Assembly (NCBI GenBank): GCA_030704615.1
Contig: CM060733.1
Coordinates: 36,332,001 to 36,396,000 of the forward strand
Length of the DNA stretch: 64,000 bases
DNA from: Takakia lepidozioides
Taxonomy: Eukaryota; Plantae; Bryophyta
Direction: 5' to 3'
Below are positions 62,875 through 64,000 of this stretch, one piece after another. The translations under genes were made by a program, and so were the position numbers. Under the pieces are notes generated by a model. The model saw only the letters and a list, made by a program, of their open reading frames with translations, searched no databases and was not told the origin of the DNA. The first letter of the stretch is position 1. Each line of letters opens with the position of its first letter.

Positions 62875-64000
62875 TCATCGTCTCTCAGGTGTTTTAATTT
62901 TCGAACTTTTGTGTGTAATCATCTGGGGCATACAATGCTGTCCTACCATGTCTGGAAGTTTGTATTTTACAACATGGTGTAACCGCTGAACAGCAAAATT
63001 GGTGTAGACACTGAGCTCCTTGTCTGTCCAGGTGAGTGGGGTACCAATTACTGGTGCAGCGTGCAAGTATTTCCATGCCACATGTCCCTTATAGAAAATG
63101 TCATCAATGCCGAATTTCTGTGTTGACAAATGGTTGCAGGCCGCTTGAAACCATGAACGAATTTGAGAATCCTTTTGCATCATAACTTTTGGGTCATATA
63201 GGTACATATGAGGTGGCACCGAAGGTAATACCCAATGATCTCCACTGGAATAACTTTGAAAGCGTGTTTGCATCTTTTGTTGCTCAATGTGGTAACGTAC
63301 CAGAAAACAAGCAGCGTAATATAACCCGCACCCCATGACAATACTTGCTATCTCCTTGGTCTTGGTATAAATGAGTCCATGTACAACCTGGAAAGCAATC
63401 AATTCCCTCAACATGGTACCTGCCTCGTGCCAGTATTGTGCAAAGTGATGATCTTCAATATGTCGATTGTTCGGAAGAACTTTAGTCCTAGTTGCCACTG
63501 GCAGCCAAATACGCATGATTTGGTAGTAATGTGCGAATGACTGCGGAGGACTAAATTCTTTCCAAGCCAAATCCAACATGATGGGAATTTGGTTGAAGGG
63601 CATAATCATAGCCCTACTGTACTCCCTTGCAGCTGGAGTTTTAGGTGGGTTAAAAGCGGCATTGCCCCATACCTCCGGCTGTGGTGGCTGTGGTGTGGTT
63701 GTAGTAACCACAGGTTCAGCTATTGGTACAGTGACTTGTTGTGGTGGTGGTGGTACTGGCTCTTGTATCATTGGCATCTCCTGCCCCTCCTGTGAAGACT
63801 GAAAAGCCAAAGTTTTGGCTTGTAAATAAGAAGCCATTAGCTGTTCCTGAGGGATATAGACTCTTTGGTCGATGTTTGAAGTGAGTTCTTCCACTTGAGT
63901 CTGGAGTCCGTCTACATCCTCTTGTAACTCTGCTATCCTACTATAGACATTGTCTATAGTAGTTGTGGCAATGTTCTGCACCTGCAGCCTGAGCTCATTC
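62875..64000 (-). CDS. Extra 3' ORF of the third LTR element (at least 368 aa, open at window edge), function unknown
   Basis: Long ORF about 290 bp upstream of the PPT, with a coiled-coil-like start and Pro/Gln/Thr linker; no gag or pol motifs. Confidence 0.65.
   Translation of the reverse strand, partial: NELRLQVQNIATTTIDNVYSRIAELQEDVDGLQTQVEELTSNIDQRVYIPQEQLMASYLQAKTLAFQSSQEGQEMPMIQEPVPPPPQQVTVPIAEPVVTTTTPQPPQPEVWGNAAFNPPKTPAAREYSRAMIMPFNQIPIMLDLAWKEFSPPQSFAHYYQIMRIWLPVATRTKVLPNNRHIEDHHFAQYWHEAGTMLRELIAFQVVHGLIYTKTKEIASIVMGCGLYYAACFLVRYHIEQQKMQTRFQSYSSGDHWVLPSVPPHMYLYDPKVMMQKDSQIRSWFQAACNHLSTQKFGIDDIFYKGHVAWKYLHAAPVIGTPLTWTDKELSVYTNFAVQRLHHVVKYKLPDMVGQHCMPQMITHKSSKIKTPERR

Overview
Transposon-dominated nuclear DNA from a plant, probably a non-seed land plant (PLS-type PPR fragment, spliceosomal introns). 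The main content is four copies of one Ty3/Gypsy-type retrotransposon family: copy 1 at <1-8256 (+), copy 2 at 21101-25045 (+, 5'-truncated), copy 3 at 26675-38672 (-, complete) and copy 4 at 46122-55436 (+, interrupted). Its polyprotein runs Gag - protease - C5 cytosine methyltransferase - conserved stop in UAG-CAA-CCA readthrough context - RT - RNase H - DDE integrase - PHD finger. The complete copy lacks two matching LTRs. Instead it has split direct repeats A...B-gc-A-t-B (A 348 bp, B 85 bp), a 4-bp TSD (AGTG), a self-complementary non-tRNA primer site with a compensatory base change between copies, and a palindromic B/A junction (GACAGCTGTC). This is the layout expected from a 2-LTR circle opened inside one LTR. 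The segment just after the primer site is a swappable cassette of captured host-gene pieces (NDA-type NADH dehydrogenase in copy 3, a plastid-targeted protein in copy 4). Copies 1 and 4 also carry a 376-bp antisense copy of their own gag. Other contents: an interrupted gene with an N4/N6-methyltransferase-like C-terminus, a DUF2921-like fragment, a hAT MITE, a multi-exon A1 aspartic protease gene, a CACTA transposon, a solo LTR, a second Gypsy with an iMet PBS, and a third LTR element with 96-bp terminal inverted repeats. These elements are nested several levels deep.
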